A DNA stretch of 63,288 bases, the filler included. It is 5 parts of 5 records of this genome, joined end to end, with 100 filler letters (N's around TTAATTAATTAA, not from the genome) between each part and the next. Parts side by side here need not be neighbours in the genome. Positions count along the whole stretch, not along the records: positions 41,790 to 50,367 come from SRR31156797_676; positions 50,468 to 56,610 come from SRR31156797_690; 3 more parts are not named here. One strand, 5' to 3'. Of the stretch, positions 41,690-52,465 are shown piece by piece. The number at the start of each line of letters is the position of its first letter. Within the stretch, counting starts at the first letter, position 1. The notes beneath the pieces were generated by a model. It did not search any database, had not been told where the DNA came from, and was given only the letters and a program-made list of their open reading frames with translations. The translations under genes were made by a program, and so were the position numbers.

Positions 41690-41789
41690 NNNNNNNNNNN
41701 NNNNNNNNNNNNNNNNNNNNNNNNNNNNNNNNNTTAATTAATTAANNNNNNNNNNNNNNNNNNNNNNNNNNNNNNNNNNNNNNNNNNNN
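41690..41789. other. Artificial contig linker
   Basis: N44-TTAATTAATTAA-N44. Confidence 0.99.
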
Positions 41790-42123
41790 TGCCCAGTTAC
41801 TTTTTACCGGACACTAGTGTAAGAAAATTAAATTTTAATAAATTTTTCATACTTTTTTTAGTTTATGTGCGATATAGTTTCAAATAAAATTTCGTGTGTA
41901 TAATCGAGAAATGTAGTTTCAAAAGATAGACTTGACAATAACCTGAGTTTAAATTATAATATGTGCTACAATATTATTTGTTGTTTTTTTACAACGTCTG
42001 TTACGGAGATTAATTAATTAGGTTTTGTTTTTTTAGGAATGTGAGGTTAGAAGTTTTTAAGTATTATTGCAACGAATTATAAATAACAGAATTACTAAAA
42101 AACAGGAATGTAAAATTTGATAA

Positions 42124-44430
42124 GTGAGGGTAATTGTTCAAATATTCTTATTGCTAATTATAAGCATAAGTAATGCTCAAATAAAAAAATGTATTTCAGG
42201 AACCGTTTTTGATGATGAAACCGGAGAGTCTGTGCCATTTGTACATGTTGCTACATTGAACCAGAGTAATGGTTCAATTACTGATATTGAAGGCTATTTT
42301 GAACTTTGTGTTGAGTTCGAAGATACTGTTCAAATCCGTTTTTTTCATACTGCATATCAAATAGCTACAGTTACCATATTATCCGAAAATCATAAAAGGT
42401 TAAATATTAGGTTGGTAACTAAAGACTATCAGACGGAAGAGGTTACTGTTAAAGGTAATAAGCAAACTATGCTTAAGTCCTTAGTGCCAGGAAAAATTAA
42501 GTTGGAACAAAGAGATATTTTAACAACACCTACCTTATTGGGAGCGCCGGATTTAGTGAGAACTTTGCAGTTGATGCCAGGGATACAGTCTGTTAATGAA
42601 GGTAATTCAGGAATTTACGTAAGAGGAGGTTCTCCCGGGCATAATTACATTGTTTTTAACGATATGGAGTTAATGAACCCGTCGCACCTGATGGGAATAT
42701 ATTCGGTGTTTAATCCGCTGATGGTTGAAAGTGTAGAGTTCTATAAAGGGAATGCTCCGGTACATTTATCTGCCAGGTTGGCTTCGTCAATTATTGTTAG
42801 TTCAAAAACGAAAAAAGATTCCGCATATAATTGGTCTGGCAATACAGGTAATATTTCGACGAATTTGGTTTATCAGGCTCAGACTAGAAACCGGAAATGG
42901 TATTTTGAAGCAGGCTTAAGAAGGAGTTATATGCAGTTGCTTAAAGAAGCTGCTGAACCGTTTATTAAAGATGAGGAAAATTATTTTAAGAATAATAAGT
43001 TTAATTTTTATGATTTTAATGGAAAAATAAAATTTCAAGGTAAATCTTCATCCTTAACATTAGCATGGTACAAAGGTGGTGATGTTTTTAGATTCAGCGA
43101 TGCAGGAAGAGCTGTAGGATTGGATAATAAATGGGGTAATGAAGGAGCTTCCTTAGTTTGGCGATACATGCTTAGCCCAAACTTATCCATGAAAAATGTG
43201 GTTTCTTATTCAAAATACATGTCGTCTTTAAATGTTGATTTTGTTGATCAGGATTTGAATTTTGAGACAGATTATAAACATGTACAATATAAGAATGACT
43301 TTCTTTACTCGAAAGGAAGGAGTACTTTAAGATGGGGAGCTTATTTAACCTATAAGCATATATCACCGCAGGATATCGATATTTCTTTAAACAGCAATAA
43401 TAGTAGTGTTTATAATTCATATAAGCACATTTCGGTAAAACTGCCTGTTAGCAATCAATTTGTAGTAACTGATAATCTAAACTTATATCTGGGTGGAGCT
43501 GTAGAATATTATAGTCTATTAGAAAAAGAACAAAGTGACATTCTAACTAAAGAAAAAGAAAATACTTTTTTGTGGAATGCTGTTACAATTGTAGATTATA
43601 GATTAACTTCTTCTCAATCCTTAAAATCATCTTACAGCTATATTTCTCAAAACATTCATTTAACATCAATTGCTTCCATTCCATTGCCCTCAGATGTTTG
43701 GATGCCGGCAACAAGTAAAGTCCCTTCTGAAATAGGGCATCAGTTTACTTTAGGATATTTTAAGGAATTAGAAAAATGGGATTTAGAATTTGGTATAGAG
43801 GCTTATGGTAAATATTTGGACAATACTTTGATGCTAAGAGTAAATATAGAGCAGGAAGAGGTGGAAGATTTTGAGGATAACTTTTTTAAAGGAAGTTCTA
43901 AAGCTTGGGGAACAGAGTTTTCGTTAAAGAAGAACGGAATTGATTACCAAATGCAATTATCTTATACGTTGGGTTTTACCAGACAAAAATTTAACGAAAT
44001 AAACCAAGGGGCATGGCATGATGCTAAATACGACAGAAGGCACGATTTAAATGTGTTAACCAGCTATCGTATAAATGACAGGTTAGAATTGGGCGGCTCT
44101 TTTATTTTTGCTACAGGCAACAAAGCTACACTTCCTAAAGGACGTTATTGGATGATGGGTGATATTGCTAATGATTACGGTGGTGTTAATAACTATCGGA
44201 TGCCGGTTTATCATCGTTTAGACTTGTCATTAAACTATTATTTGAAATCAAAGATATTTCATGAATCTATTCTGAATTTTTCAATAATCAACATTTTAAA
44301 CAGGAGTAATCCGTATTTTGTGTATTATCATATCGATGAAGGAGGAAAGACATATGAGCTTGCTATCAAAGCTCGTCAGGTATCATTATTTCCAATCATG
44401 CCATCGGTAAGTTGGAGATATAAATTTTAG
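42124..44430 (+). CDS. TonB-dependent receptor with a CarboxypepD_reg-like N-domain
   Basis: G.V.D.ETGE.VP, P.LLG..D.VR.LQL.PG plug, VRGG, YDRRHDL, YRMP.YHRLDLS, terminal YKF. Confidence 0.9.
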   Translation: MRVIVQIFLLLIISISNAQIKKCISGTVFDDETGESVPFVHVATLNQSNGSITDIEGYFELCVEFEDTVQIRFFHTAYQIATVTILSENHKRLNIRLVTKDYQTEEVTVKGNKQTMLKSLVPGKIKLEQRDILTTPTLLGAPDLVRTLQLMPGIQSVNEGNSGIYVRGGSPGHNYIVFNDMELMNPSHLMGIYSVFNPLMVESVEFYKGNAPVHLSARLASSIIVSSKTKKDSAYNWSGNTGNISTNLVYQAQTRNRKWYFEAGLRRSYMQLLKEAAEPFIKDEENYFKNNKFNFYDFNGKIKFQGKSSSLTLAWYKGGDVFRFSDAGRAVGLDNKWGNEGASLVWRYMLSPNLSMKNVVSYSKYMSSLNVDFVDQDLNFETDYKHVQYKNDFLYSKGRSTLRWGAYLTYKHISPQDIDISLNSNNSSVYNSYKHISVKLPVSNQFVVTDNLNLYLGGAVEYYSLLEKEQSDILTKEKENTFLWNAVTIVDYRLTSSQSLKSSYSYISQNIHLTSIASIPLPSDVWMPATSKVPSEIGHQFTLGYFKELEKWDLEFGIEAYGKYLDNTLMLRVNIEQEEVEDFEDNFFKGSSKAWGTEFSLKKNGIDYQMQLSYTLGFTRQKFNEINQGAWHDAKYDRRHDLNVLTSYRINDRLELGGSFIFATGNKATLPKGRYWMMGDIANDYGGVNNYRMPVYHRLDLSLNYYLKSKIFHESILNFSIINILNRSNPYFVYYHIDEGGKTYELAIKARQVSLFPIMPSVSWRYKF

Positions 44431-44432
44431 TT

Positions 44433-45302
44433 ATGATTAAGTATTTATTGATCGGGTTGTTGTTTGTTATGGTTGCCTGCTCCAAGGATATTGAAGTAGA
44501 TCAACCTCCATATGAATCTAAAATTGTAGTGGATGGATTTATAAATGCTGAAGGGTATGCGAATGTTTATCTTACCAATAGTTCTCCTTTTTTAACAGAT
44601 TATGATTCTGCTTCAATAAGAGCTACATTCGTAAATGATGCAAAAGTTACGGTATCAAACACAAAAGGTGATCGTGAGATTTTGACATTGTATCGAAAGA
44701 GTGAGTTTTTTCCACCATTTGTGTATCGTTCAACAGAACTTAAAGGTGAAGTCGGAGAAACATATTTATTAAAAATAGAAGTGGATGGACAAACTATTGA
44801 AAGTAGCACCACGATTCCTGATTTTCCAAATATATTAAGTGTTGGTACTTATTCTGTTTCAGATACTACAATGCAAATAGATATTGAGATAAAGGATGAT
44901 GGAAATGAAGAAAACTTTTATTATACAGAAATAAAGGTAAAAGATATAGACTCTATATTTCATCAAGCTTCATTTCCCTTAATTGATGATACAGATTTTA
45001 ATGGATCTAATTCAACAATCCGGGTATACCATAGCAATCCTCCTGATCCATTAAATATTTATCAAGTGGATACAATCAGAAATATACCGGCATATCAATT
45101 TTCGGTGGAAGAGACTATTTATATCAAATTTTCGAGTTTAGATGAAACCTCGTTTAAAATTCTAAAAGATATTTACTTAGATGGAATAAATAGTGATAAT
45201 CCTTTTGCTTTTGTAAATAAGAAAAACGGAACTAATATTGAAGGAGGAATTGGTAGGTGGACTGGTATGGCAACACGATATTTAGTCGTCTCTAATAAGT
45301 AA
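44433..45302 (+). CDS. DUF4249-family lipoprotein, partner of the receptor
   Basis: Lipobox VAC, KIVVDGFI, GETY.L.I, NIEGGIG; starts 2 nt after the receptor gene. Confidence 0.8.
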   Translation: MIKYLLIGLLFVMVACSKDIEVDQPPYESKIVVDGFINAEGYANVYLTNSSPFLTDYDSASIRATFVNDAKVTVSNTKGDREILTLYRKSEFFPPFVYRSTELKGEVGETYLLKIEVDGQTIESSTTIPDFPNILSVGTYSVSDTTMQIDIEIKDDGNEENFYYTEIKVKDIDSIFHQASFPLIDDTDFNGSNSTIRVYHSNPPDPLNIYQVDTIRNIPAYQFSVEETIYIKFSSLDETSFKILKDIYLDGINSDNPFAFVNKKNGTNIEGGIGRWTGMATRYLVVSNK

Positions 45303-45389
45303 GAGCTTACTTATTATAAACAGTCAATGGAGTTTGGATAAAATGATTACTTCTTGAGGAAATGAATTAACTTTTCAGCAAATAATCAA

Positions 45390-46163
45390 ATGCAATTAAA
45401 AATAACATTAGTTCAAAACGATATTATTTGGGAGGATATTGATGTAAATTTGCACCGTTTATCAAACGTGGTTAACACCATCCCGGAAATTGGAGACTTA
45501 TTGGTTCTACCAGAAATGTTTAGTTGTGGTTTTTCTATGAATACTGAAAAAATAGCAGAAACAATGGATGGTAGGGTAGTGCAATGGATGAAAAAGGTAG
45601 CTAAAGAAAGAAATTGTGTATTAACAGGTTCACATGCTATTGTAGAAGATGGGAAATATTATAACCGGGCTTTATGGGTTTCTCCCAATGGAAAACTTGA
45701 TTACTACGACAAAAGACATTTGTTTAGTCCCGGATTCGAATCAGAACATTTTAGTAGGGGAAAAAACCGTAAGGTTTTTGATTTAAAAGGAATCAAAGTG
45801 TTACCTCAGGTTTGTTATGATTTAAGATTTCCTGTGTGGAGTCGAAATAATAAAGATTATGATCTTGCAGTTTATATGGCTAACTGGCCTGCGGCAAGAA
45901 TGAATGTTTGGGATATTTTATTAAAAGCCAGAGCCATTGAAAACCAGTGTTATGTTATTGGTGTTAATAGAGCAGGAGAAGGTGGAGGAATAAAATACTC
46001 TGGAGGTACATGTTGTATTAATTATAAGGGAGAGGAACTAGTAAACCTAAATTCAACAAAAGAAAACTATTCGAGTATCACGTTGGATTTTAACAAGCAA
46101 AAGGAATTTGTAAACAAATTTCCAGTGCACTTAGATGCAGATAATTACAGTATTGAAAATTAA
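45390..46163 (+). CDS. Nitrilase-superfamily amidohydrolase (YafV/omega-amidase-like)
   Basis: Glu-Lys-Cys triad motifs LPEMF, YDKRHLF, VCYDLRFPVWSR; ARAIENQCYV. Confidence 0.9.
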   Translation: MQLKITLVQNDIIWEDIDVNLHRLSNVVNTIPEIGDLLVLPEMFSCGFSMNTEKIAETMDGRVVQWMKKVAKERNCVLTGSHAIVEDGKYYNRALWVSPNGKLDYYDKRHLFSPGFESEHFSRGKNRKVFDLKGIKVLPQVCYDLRFPVWSRNNKDYDLAVYMANWPAARMNVWDILLKARAIENQCYVIGVNRAGEGGGIKYSGGTCCINYKGEELVNLNSTKENYSSITLDFNKQKEFVNKFPVHLDADNYSIEN

Positions 46164-46404
46164 ATATATGAGTATATCGTGTGTATTTATCTGATTTAAG
46201 TCAATACAAACAAAATAATCTATTTTTATTTTTGCAAAGCGCCATTTTATAATTATTTTTATTAGAAGTGGATTTACTGATATGAACTTTAACAAAGGTT
46301 GTTATGTTTTTCAGTTGACTTGAATCTTTAAAACATTGAAATTCCTAAACGATGAGAAAAAATAGAAATTAGTTTTTAAGGGATATAAGTTAAGGTAAAA
46401 GGGA

Positions 46405-46701
46405 GTGAGTATGAAAAATTTTAAAGTTAAAGTGGATGACGTTCATGTGGAGTTTTTTAAGCAATTAATGGATAGGCTTAGTTTTGTTAATTACGAGGAG
46501 GTAGATGCTTTTCATGAACCAAGAATATACCCCGGCGCAGATTTTGAAATACGTTCAGGGCAGACAAGAAAACCACAAGAGGTATTAAAAAACTCTTCAA
46601 AATCTAATAAAGAATTAGATGCTAAGTCACATAGTGACACAATGGATGATATTAGAAGCGTGATTTCAAAAATTGATAAAATGAGAGGTCACTCGAAGTA
46701 A
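46405..46701 (+). CDS. Hypothetical protein
   Basis: 98-aa ORF with protein-like composition (FF..L...L.FV), followed by a terminator hairpin. Confidence 0.6.
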   Translation: MSMKNFKVKVDDVHVEFFKQLMDRLSFVNYEEVDAFHEPRIYPGADFEIRSGQTRKPQEVLKNSSKSNKELDAKSHSDTMDDIRSVISKIDKMRGHSK

Positions 46702-46735
46702 TAAAATTCAAATTTGGATTGCGTAAAAAAATTAG

Positions 46736-46763
46736 ATAGCCCCATTGGGGCTATTTTTGTTTT
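46736..46763 (+). terminator. Intrinsic terminator
   Basis: ATAGCCCCA-T-TGGGGCTAT followed by a T-run. Confidence 0.75.
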
Positions 46764-46852
46764 AAATAAATTAAGTCGGCACAGAATTTGTGATTTAAAG
46801 CTTAATAAATTAGTAGTAACCCGATGAAATCCTGCATCTAAAACCTTTTGAA

Positions 46853-47506
46853 ATGAAACGAATTTTATCAATTGTCAGCATTGTTTCTATAAGTCTATTA
46901 TTTGGCTTGTTTTCAACTAATCTATCAGCTACTATAGTAGCGCAAGCATCACAAAAAATATATGATAAAGTAGATAAACTACCAGTTTTTAATAAGAAAA
47001 GAGGAAATATTCAGAAATATTTATCTACTCAAATTAAATATCCTGTTGATGCTCTGGCAACAGAAACAGAAGGAAAGGTTATTGTTTCTGTAATAATAAA
47101 CGAGAAAGGACAATTATCAGATGTAAAAGTAGAAAAGGGTTTGAGTGAAAGTTTGGACAAAGAAGCTTTAAGGGTTGTAAATACGATGGAGGATTGGAAG
47201 CCAGGTGAAGTAGATGGGAATAAGGTGAGTACCCAAATGAGTATACCAGTCCAGTTTTATTTAAACGATGAAAATAAAAAGCTGGCTCAGCAGATTAAAC
47301 CTTTTTATGCAAATGGAAAAACACCGCTTTTTGTATTGGATAATAAAAAAGTATTGGGGTTAAAAACAATTGAATATTACAATGTAAAATCGATTCGGGT
47401 AATGAAAGGAAAAAAGGCTGTTGAACTATTTGGCGAAGATGCTAAAAATGGTGTTGTCATAGTGGAGTCAAAAAGAGGAACTCCCAGAACGTATCAAAGA
47501 TATTAA
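46853..47506 (+). CDS. TonB C-terminal domain protein fused to a plug-like domain
   Basis: IKYP..A....EGKV.V, LDKEALRVV..M..WKPG, IPVQF, then PLFVLD...KSIRVMKG..A..LFG..AKNGVV.V.SK. Confidence 0.8.
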   Translation: MKRILSIVSIVSISLLFGLFSTNLSATIVAQASQKIYDKVDKLPVFNKKRGNIQKYLSTQIKYPVDALATETEGKVIVSVIINEKGQLSDVKVEKGLSESLDKEALRVVNTMEDWKPGEVDGNKVSTQMSIPVQFYLNDENKKLAQQIKPFYANGKTPLFVLDNKKVLGLKTIEYYNVKSIRVMKGKKAVELFGEDAKNGVVIVESKRGTPRTYQRY

Positions 47507-47529
47507 GAGTAAAATAATACAGAATCACC

Positions 47530-47562
47530 AAAAGGGAATTTATACTTTATAAGTTCCCTTTT
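47530..47562 (+). terminator. Intrinsic terminator
   Basis: AAAAGGGAATTTATA-CTT-TATAAGTTCCCTTTT. Confidence 0.75.
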
Positions 47563-47596
47563 CTTATATCTTTGCATTTTTAAAAGTTGAAATTTT

Positions 47597-48838
47597 ATGA
47601 GTGTAACTACAGTTTTTAATCTTATTGTTTTTATAATATTATTTGAATTTGTTTGGGAACGTTTTCTATTATATCTCAATACAACTAAATGGAGTGAAGT
47701 TATTCCAGATGAATTAAAGGGTATTTACGACGCAGATAAGTATGCACGTCAACAGCAATATTCAAAAGTAAATTATCAATTTGGTTGGTTAACTTCAGCC
47801 TATAGCATTGTTTTGGTAATGGCTATGTTGTTCTTTAACGGATTTGCATGGCTCGATACTTGGGTGTTGTCAATAACTGATAATAACATTTGGCGAGCTA
47901 TTTTATTTTTAGGAGCATTAGGATTGGGATCAACAGTTTTAAATATTCCATTTTCTATCTATAGCACTTTCGTAATCGAAGAAAAGTTTGAGTTCAATAA
48001 AACTACACCTAAAATTTTTGTGCTGGATTTACTTAAATCTTTACTGTTGGGTGCTGTTTTAGGAGGAGGCTTATTGGCTTTGATTGTTTGGTTTTATGAA
48101 TTAGCAGGAGCTAACTTTTGGTTATATGCCTGGGGATTGATGACTGTTTTTATGTTGTTTATGACGATGTTTTATACCTCTGTATTATTACCACTATTCA
48201 ACAAGCAAACTCCTTTAGAAGAAGGAGAATTGAAAACAGCAATTGAAGATTTTTGTCAACGCGTAAACTTTAAGTTGGATAATGTATTCATAATGGATGG
48301 ATCTAAAAGAAGTACAAAAGCCAATGCTTTTTTTAGTGGATTAGGAGCAAAAAAGAGAATTGTTTTATACGATACTTTGGTAAATGATTTAGAAGTAGAT
48401 GAAATTGTTGGTGTTTTAGCGCATGAAATAGGTCATTACAAAAAGAAGCATACATTATGGGGAATGATTAGTGGAATTGCTCAAACGGGTATCATGTTGT
48501 ACATTTTCTCATTGTTTGTTGACTCGCCTTTGCTATCACAAGCTTTGGGTGTAAAAGAGCCATCGTTTCATATTGGTATTATTGCATTTGGAATTCTGTA
48601 TAGTCCTATATCTGGAATTTCGGGGTTATTTTCAACTATTCTATCTCGTAAAAATGAATACCAGGCAGATGCATTTGCAGCTAAATATCATAATGCTTCC
48701 TCTTTAATTAGCGCATTAAAAATAATTTCTACCAATGCATTAAGTAATTTGACTCCGCATCCGTGGTATGTGTTTTTTCATTATTCACATCCCGCTTTGT
48801 TGCAAAGAATTAAAGCCCTTAAAAATCTGAATAATTAA
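47597..48838 (+). CDS. M48 family membrane metallopeptidase (Ste24/CAAX-protease-like)
   Basis: Multiple TM helices, MDGSKRS.KANAFFSG.G..KRIVLYDTL, HEIGH, EYQAD, YSHP.L..RI. Confidence 0.93.
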   Translation: MSVTTVFNLIVFIILFEFVWERFLLYLNTTKWSEVIPDELKGIYDADKYARQQQYSKVNYQFGWLTSAYSIVLVMAMLFFNGFAWLDTWVLSITDNNIWRAILFLGALGLGSTVLNIPFSIYSTFVIEEKFEFNKTTPKIFVLDLLKSLLLGAVLGGGLLALIVWFYELAGANFWLYAWGLMTVFMLFMTMFYTSVLLPLFNKQTPLEEGELKTAIEDFCQRVNFKLDNVFIMDGSKRSTKANAFFSGLGAKKRIVLYDTLVNDLEVDEIVGVLAHEIGHYKKKHTLWGMISGIAQTGIMLYIFSLFVDSPLLSQALGVKEPSFHIGIIAFGILYSPISGISGLFSTILSRKNEYQADAFAAKYHNASSLISALKIISTNALSNLTPHPWYVFFHYSHPALLQRIKALKNLNN

Positions 48839-48850
48839 AACAAAGTAAAC

Positions 48851-50110
48851 ATGCATATTGAAATTGTTACGATTGGCGATGAGCTTTTGATAGGTCAGGT
48901 GGTGGATACAAATTCGGCTTGGATTGGAAAAAAACTAAATGAAGTTGGTTTAGAGGTTTCTCGAATAAATTCAATCAGGGATACAGAGGAGGAAATTCTG
49001 AATATTCTAAAAGAAAGTAGTTCCAGAGGAGATGTTGTACTAATGACTGGTGGATTAGGGCCTACTAAAGATGATATTACCAAAGTAACGCTCTGTAAAT
49101 ACTTTGGATCAGAATTAGTATTTAGCGATGAGGTTTTTGAAGATGTGCAAAAAATGGTAAAAAGATATGTTCGCTCTGTTAATGAACTCAATCGTCAGCA
49201 AGCTTTGGTACCTTCTAATTGTGAAGTTATTCGTAATCCAGTAGGAACTGCTCCGGTTATGTGGTTTGATGAAGGAGGAACTATTTTTGTTTCGATGCCG
49301 GGAGTACCTTCAGAGATGAAACACGCTATGGAAACAGAAATTATTCCACGGTTGCAAAAGCGTTTTAATACAGGAACTATAGTTCATAAAACAGTTGTTG
49401 TTCATAATATTCCTGAGGCTGTTTTGGCAGAAATGCTCGATGATTTTGAACAAGCTATGCCTGATTTTATCAAACTAGCTTATTTACCTTCACCAGGAAG
49501 AATTCGATTACGTTTTACAGGAAGAGGAGAAAGCGAAGCCTTATTAAATTCTGCAATTGAAGGTTTAATATTAGAATTAGAGAAAATTGTAGGTGATTCT
49601 ATTTTGGGGTATGATGATGTATTAACGGTTGAATTGGTTGCTGATTTATTCACAAAAAACAATCTCACCATAGGAAGTGCCGAAAGCTGCACAGGTGGAA
49701 ATATCGCACATCAAATTACCTTATTACCCGGAAGTTCAGAATATTTTAAAGGTAGTGTTGTTGCCTATCATAATGAGGTTAAGAAAAGTGTGTTAGATGT
49801 TTCTGAGGAGGACTTACAGGCTTATGGTGCTGTAAGTAAGCAAGTGGTGGAACAAATGGCTAACGGTGCAAGGGTGGCTTTGGGAGTGGATTATGGCATA
49901 GCAACATCAGGTATTGCAGGTCCTACTGGAGGAAGTGATGAAAAGCCTGTTGGTACAGTTTGGATTGCAGTTGCAGGACCTAATGGAATAACTAGTGAGG
50001 TGAAAAATTTTGGTCATATCAGAGAGCGGAACATTGTAAGAAGCACTGAAATGGCTCTGGTTATGGCCTTGAAAATGGTAGAGTCAGATATTAAAAACGA
50101 TAATATTTAA
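48851..50110 (+). CDS. cinA: CinA / NMN deamidase (MoCF-like plus PncC domains)
   Basis: IGDELLIGQVVDTNS, TGGLGPT.DD.T, PGVP.EM, AESCTGG, GAVS, SGIAGP.GG. Confidence 0.93.
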   Translation: MHIEIVTIGDELLIGQVVDTNSAWIGKKLNEVGLEVSRINSIRDTEEEILNILKESSSRGDVVLMTGGLGPTKDDITKVTLCKYFGSELVFSDEVFEDVQKMVKRYVRSVNELNRQQALVPSNCEVIRNPVGTAPVMWFDEGGTIFVSMPGVPSEMKHAMETEIIPRLQKRFNTGTIVHKTVVVHNIPEAVLAEMLDDFEQAMPDFIKLAYLPSPGRIRLRFTGRGESEALLNSAIEGLILELEKIVGDSILGYDDVLTVELVADLFTKNNLTIGSAESCTGGNIAHQITLLPGSSEYFKGSVVAYHNEVKKSVLDVSEEDLQAYGAVSKQVVEQMANGARVALGVDYGIATSGIAGPTGGSDEKPVGTVWIAVAGPNGITSEVKNFGHIRERNIVRSTEMALVMALKMVESDIKNDNI

Positions 50111-50296
50111 TTAAATAGGAAAATATTTTCAAAATAATAGAGCATAAAGGAAGGGTCTTATCCGATCTAAAAAACATTGATTTACTTTAAAAGTAAAATA
50201 TTTTTCATTTTTATGAACCAATGTTTGTTATTTACAATAAAATTAACGTATTTTGCGCTCTGTTTGAAAAATGTATCCGAAAAAACGGTTGTAAAG

Positions 50297-50367
50297 ATGT
50301 CAAGAGTTTGTCAGATAACAGGTAAAAGGTTCTTAACTGGGAACAATGTTTCTCACTCAAAAAGAAG
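50297..50367 (+). CDS. rpmB: 50S ribosomal protein L28, truncated at the contig end
   Basis: MSRVCQITGKRFLTGNNVSHSKR. The true start is 50297, not 50177. Confidence 0.92.
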
Positions 50368-50467
50368 NNNNNNNNNNNNNNNNNNNNNNNNNNNNNNNNN
50401 NNNNNNNNNNNTTAATTAATTAANNNNNNNNNNNNNNNNNNNNNNNNNNNNNNNNNNNNNNNNNNNN
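50368..50467. other. Artificial contig linker
   Basis: N44-TTAATTAATTAA-N44. Confidence 0.99.
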
Positions 50468-50468
50468 A

Positions 50469-51038
50469 GAAGCTGTTAAGGAAGTTCTAGGCGAACCTGT
50501 TGTAATTAGCGGTATGTACAATGCTGATGAAGTCAGCTATGTTGATCCGCATGAAGTAGAATATAAGAATGACGTGATCTATTTGCCTAGATTTAGTTCA
50601 GGATATTTCCCCGATGACGGAACGATGCTTAACTTAGTGAATGGAGTATCAATGTATGGTATAGTATCGCACTTCATCCATCCTGATGATGTAATGGACC
50701 AAGAGCGAAACAGGGGATATTCGTGGGATGATATGGTTACAGAATACTCCAAGCTGGTGGATTTTATCAATGAAAGATATCCTTTTATACAATTTGAGAC
50801 AGCGACTGAAGCAGGCGGTAAGGTAGTCGATTGGCATAATCAGGATTATGTGATAGATTACGAAGATGATTATATCAGGGTACGAACAAAGTATGATTCA
50901 GACAGCACTTCAATGATATTAAGGACTGAAAAAGAGGTATTAAAATCAGATGATTATGACGTAATGCAATTAGGCAATCTGTCCTACTATGTCAACATAA
51001 ATAAGTCTGATGTTAAAATACTCTTGAAAGGAAACTAA
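50469..51038 (+). CDS. DUF2194 / PelA-deacetylase-like protein, C-terminal part (5'-truncated)
   Basis: Frame open from the contig start; LPRFSSGY and SHFIHPDD..D..R motifs; directly upstream of pelF. Confidence 0.75.
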   Translation, partial: EAVKEVLGEPVVISGMYNADEVSYVDPHEVEYKNDVIYLPRFSSGYFPDDGTMLNLVNGVSMYGIVSHFIHPDDVMDQERNRGYSWDDMVTEYSKLVDFINERYPFIQFETATEAGGKVVDWHNQDYVIDYEDDYIRVRTKYDSDSTSMILRTEKEVLKSDDYDVMQLGNLSYYVNINKSDVKILLKGN

Positions 51039-51041
51039 TAA

Positions 51042-52463
51042 ATGCATATATGTGTATTTGCTGAGGGTTGCTATCCATATGTTGTAGGCGGTGTATCATC
51101 TTGGCTTCATTCATTAATGACTTCTTTGCCTGAACATGAGTTTACAGTTGTAACTTTGGCATCTGATTTGGAGCAAAAGGGAAAATTCAAGTATAAACTT
51201 CCTGACAACCTAATTGAAGTCAGGGAGAACTTCATAGATGTTATCAGTTACACTAAAGGAACATATAAGAAGAAATATGCTTTTACGCAAGAAGATATTG
51301 AGCAGTTCGATGCACTCTTTAATGGTGATACCCCTGATTGGGATGTATTAGTAGATTTTGTTAGAAGAAATAAGGGAAGAAATCCTCAAGACTTTATTAT
51401 GAGCAGAGTGTTTTATGAATCCATTATTTCTACTTATGAAAAAAATCATAGTACCACAATTCTTTCCGACTTTTTCTGGACAGTTCGCTCCATGGTCCTT
51501 CCGCTTCTTGGTATATTAGATGTAGATGTTCCGGAAGCAGACGTATACCATGCAATATCAGGCGGATATGCTGGGGTTATGGCAAGCGTTGGAAAGATAA
51601 CCTATAATAAGCCTTTAATCATTACTGAACATGGTATATATACCAGGGAACGTGAGGAAGAGATAATTGGGGCAGACTGGATATCTCTGCAATTTAAGGA
51701 TTTGTGGATAAGATATTTTCAAAGTCTATCCAAGTGTGCATATCAAAATGCAGATATTGCTATTACGCTATTTGAAAAGGCGAAAAAACTTCAGCATGAA
51801 TTAGGCTGTGACGAAAGTGTACAGAGAGTTGTGCCTAATGGTGTAAATGTGGAAGCATTTGCAGAACTGCCAAAGAAGCAGTTTGGAGTAGGGAAGACTA
51901 TCGTAGGGGCAGTTGTAAGACTGGTACCTATTAAAGATATCCTGACTATGATACAGTCATTTAAGATAGTAAATGCATATATGCCTGATGTGGAATTTTA
52001 TATTATGGGTCCAACAGATGAATCTCCAGAGTATTATGAGGAATGCCAGTCAATTGTTACAGCACTTGACATGGACAGCAGTATTACTTTCACCGGACGT
52101 ATAAATATCAAGGATTACTTTCCTATGATGGATATAAATGTACTGTCAAGCATCAGTGAGGGTCAGCCGCTTTCCGTGCTTGAATCTTTGGCAGCAGGCA
52201 TACCAAATATTACAACAAATGTAGGGTGCTGTGAAGAGGTACTGTATGGATTAGAGGGTGATGAATTAGGAAAAGCAGGCATAGTAGTACCCGTAATGAA
52301 TTATAAAGAAATGGCAGATGCGATTATAAAAATATTAAAGGATAAGAAGCTTCACGATGACATGTCAGATGTTGGACGAGAGAGAGTTGTTAAGCTATAT
52401 AACAAAAAAGATTTTATAGACCGCTATAGGGAAATATACTCAAGTTGTAAAGAGGGAATATAA
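51042..52463 (+). CDS. pelF: GT4 glycosyltransferase PelF
   Basis: EGCYPYVVGGVSSW, FFWTVRSM, TEHGIYTRER, RLVPIKDI, SISEGQPL. Confidence 0.93.
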   Translation: MHICVFAEGCYPYVVGGVSSWLHSLMTSLPEHEFTVVTLASDLEQKGKFKYKLPDNLIEVRENFIDVISYTKGTYKKKYAFTQEDIEQFDALFNGDTPDWDVLVDFVRRNKGRNPQDFIMSRVFYESIISTYEKNHSTTILSDFFWTVRSMVLPLLGILDVDVPEADVYHAISGGYAGVMASVGKITYNKPLIITEHGIYTREREEEIIGADWISLQFKDLWIRYFQSLSKCAYQNADIAITLFEKAKKLQHELGCDESVQRVVPNGVNVEAFAELPKKQFGVGKTIVGAVVRLVPIKDILTMIQSFKIVNAYMPDVEFYIMGPTDESPEYYEECQSIVTALDMDSSITFTGRINIKDYFPMMDINVLSSISEGQPLSVLESLAAGIPNITTNVGCCEEVLYGLEGDELGKAGIVVPVMNYKEMADAIIKILKDKKLHDDMSDVGRERVVKLYNKKDFIDRYREIYSSCKEGI

Positions 52464-52465
52464 TA

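Noticed and set aside
41790..41820. TTTTACCGGACACTAGTG at the start of contig 3 as an IS terminal repeat
   Set aside because: Vaguely IS-end-like, but there is no partner repeat or transposase in the window, so it cannot be supported.
50177..50296. N-terminally extended L28
   Set aside because: ORF-caller extension through the AT-rich promoter region; the canonical MSRVCQ starts at 50297.
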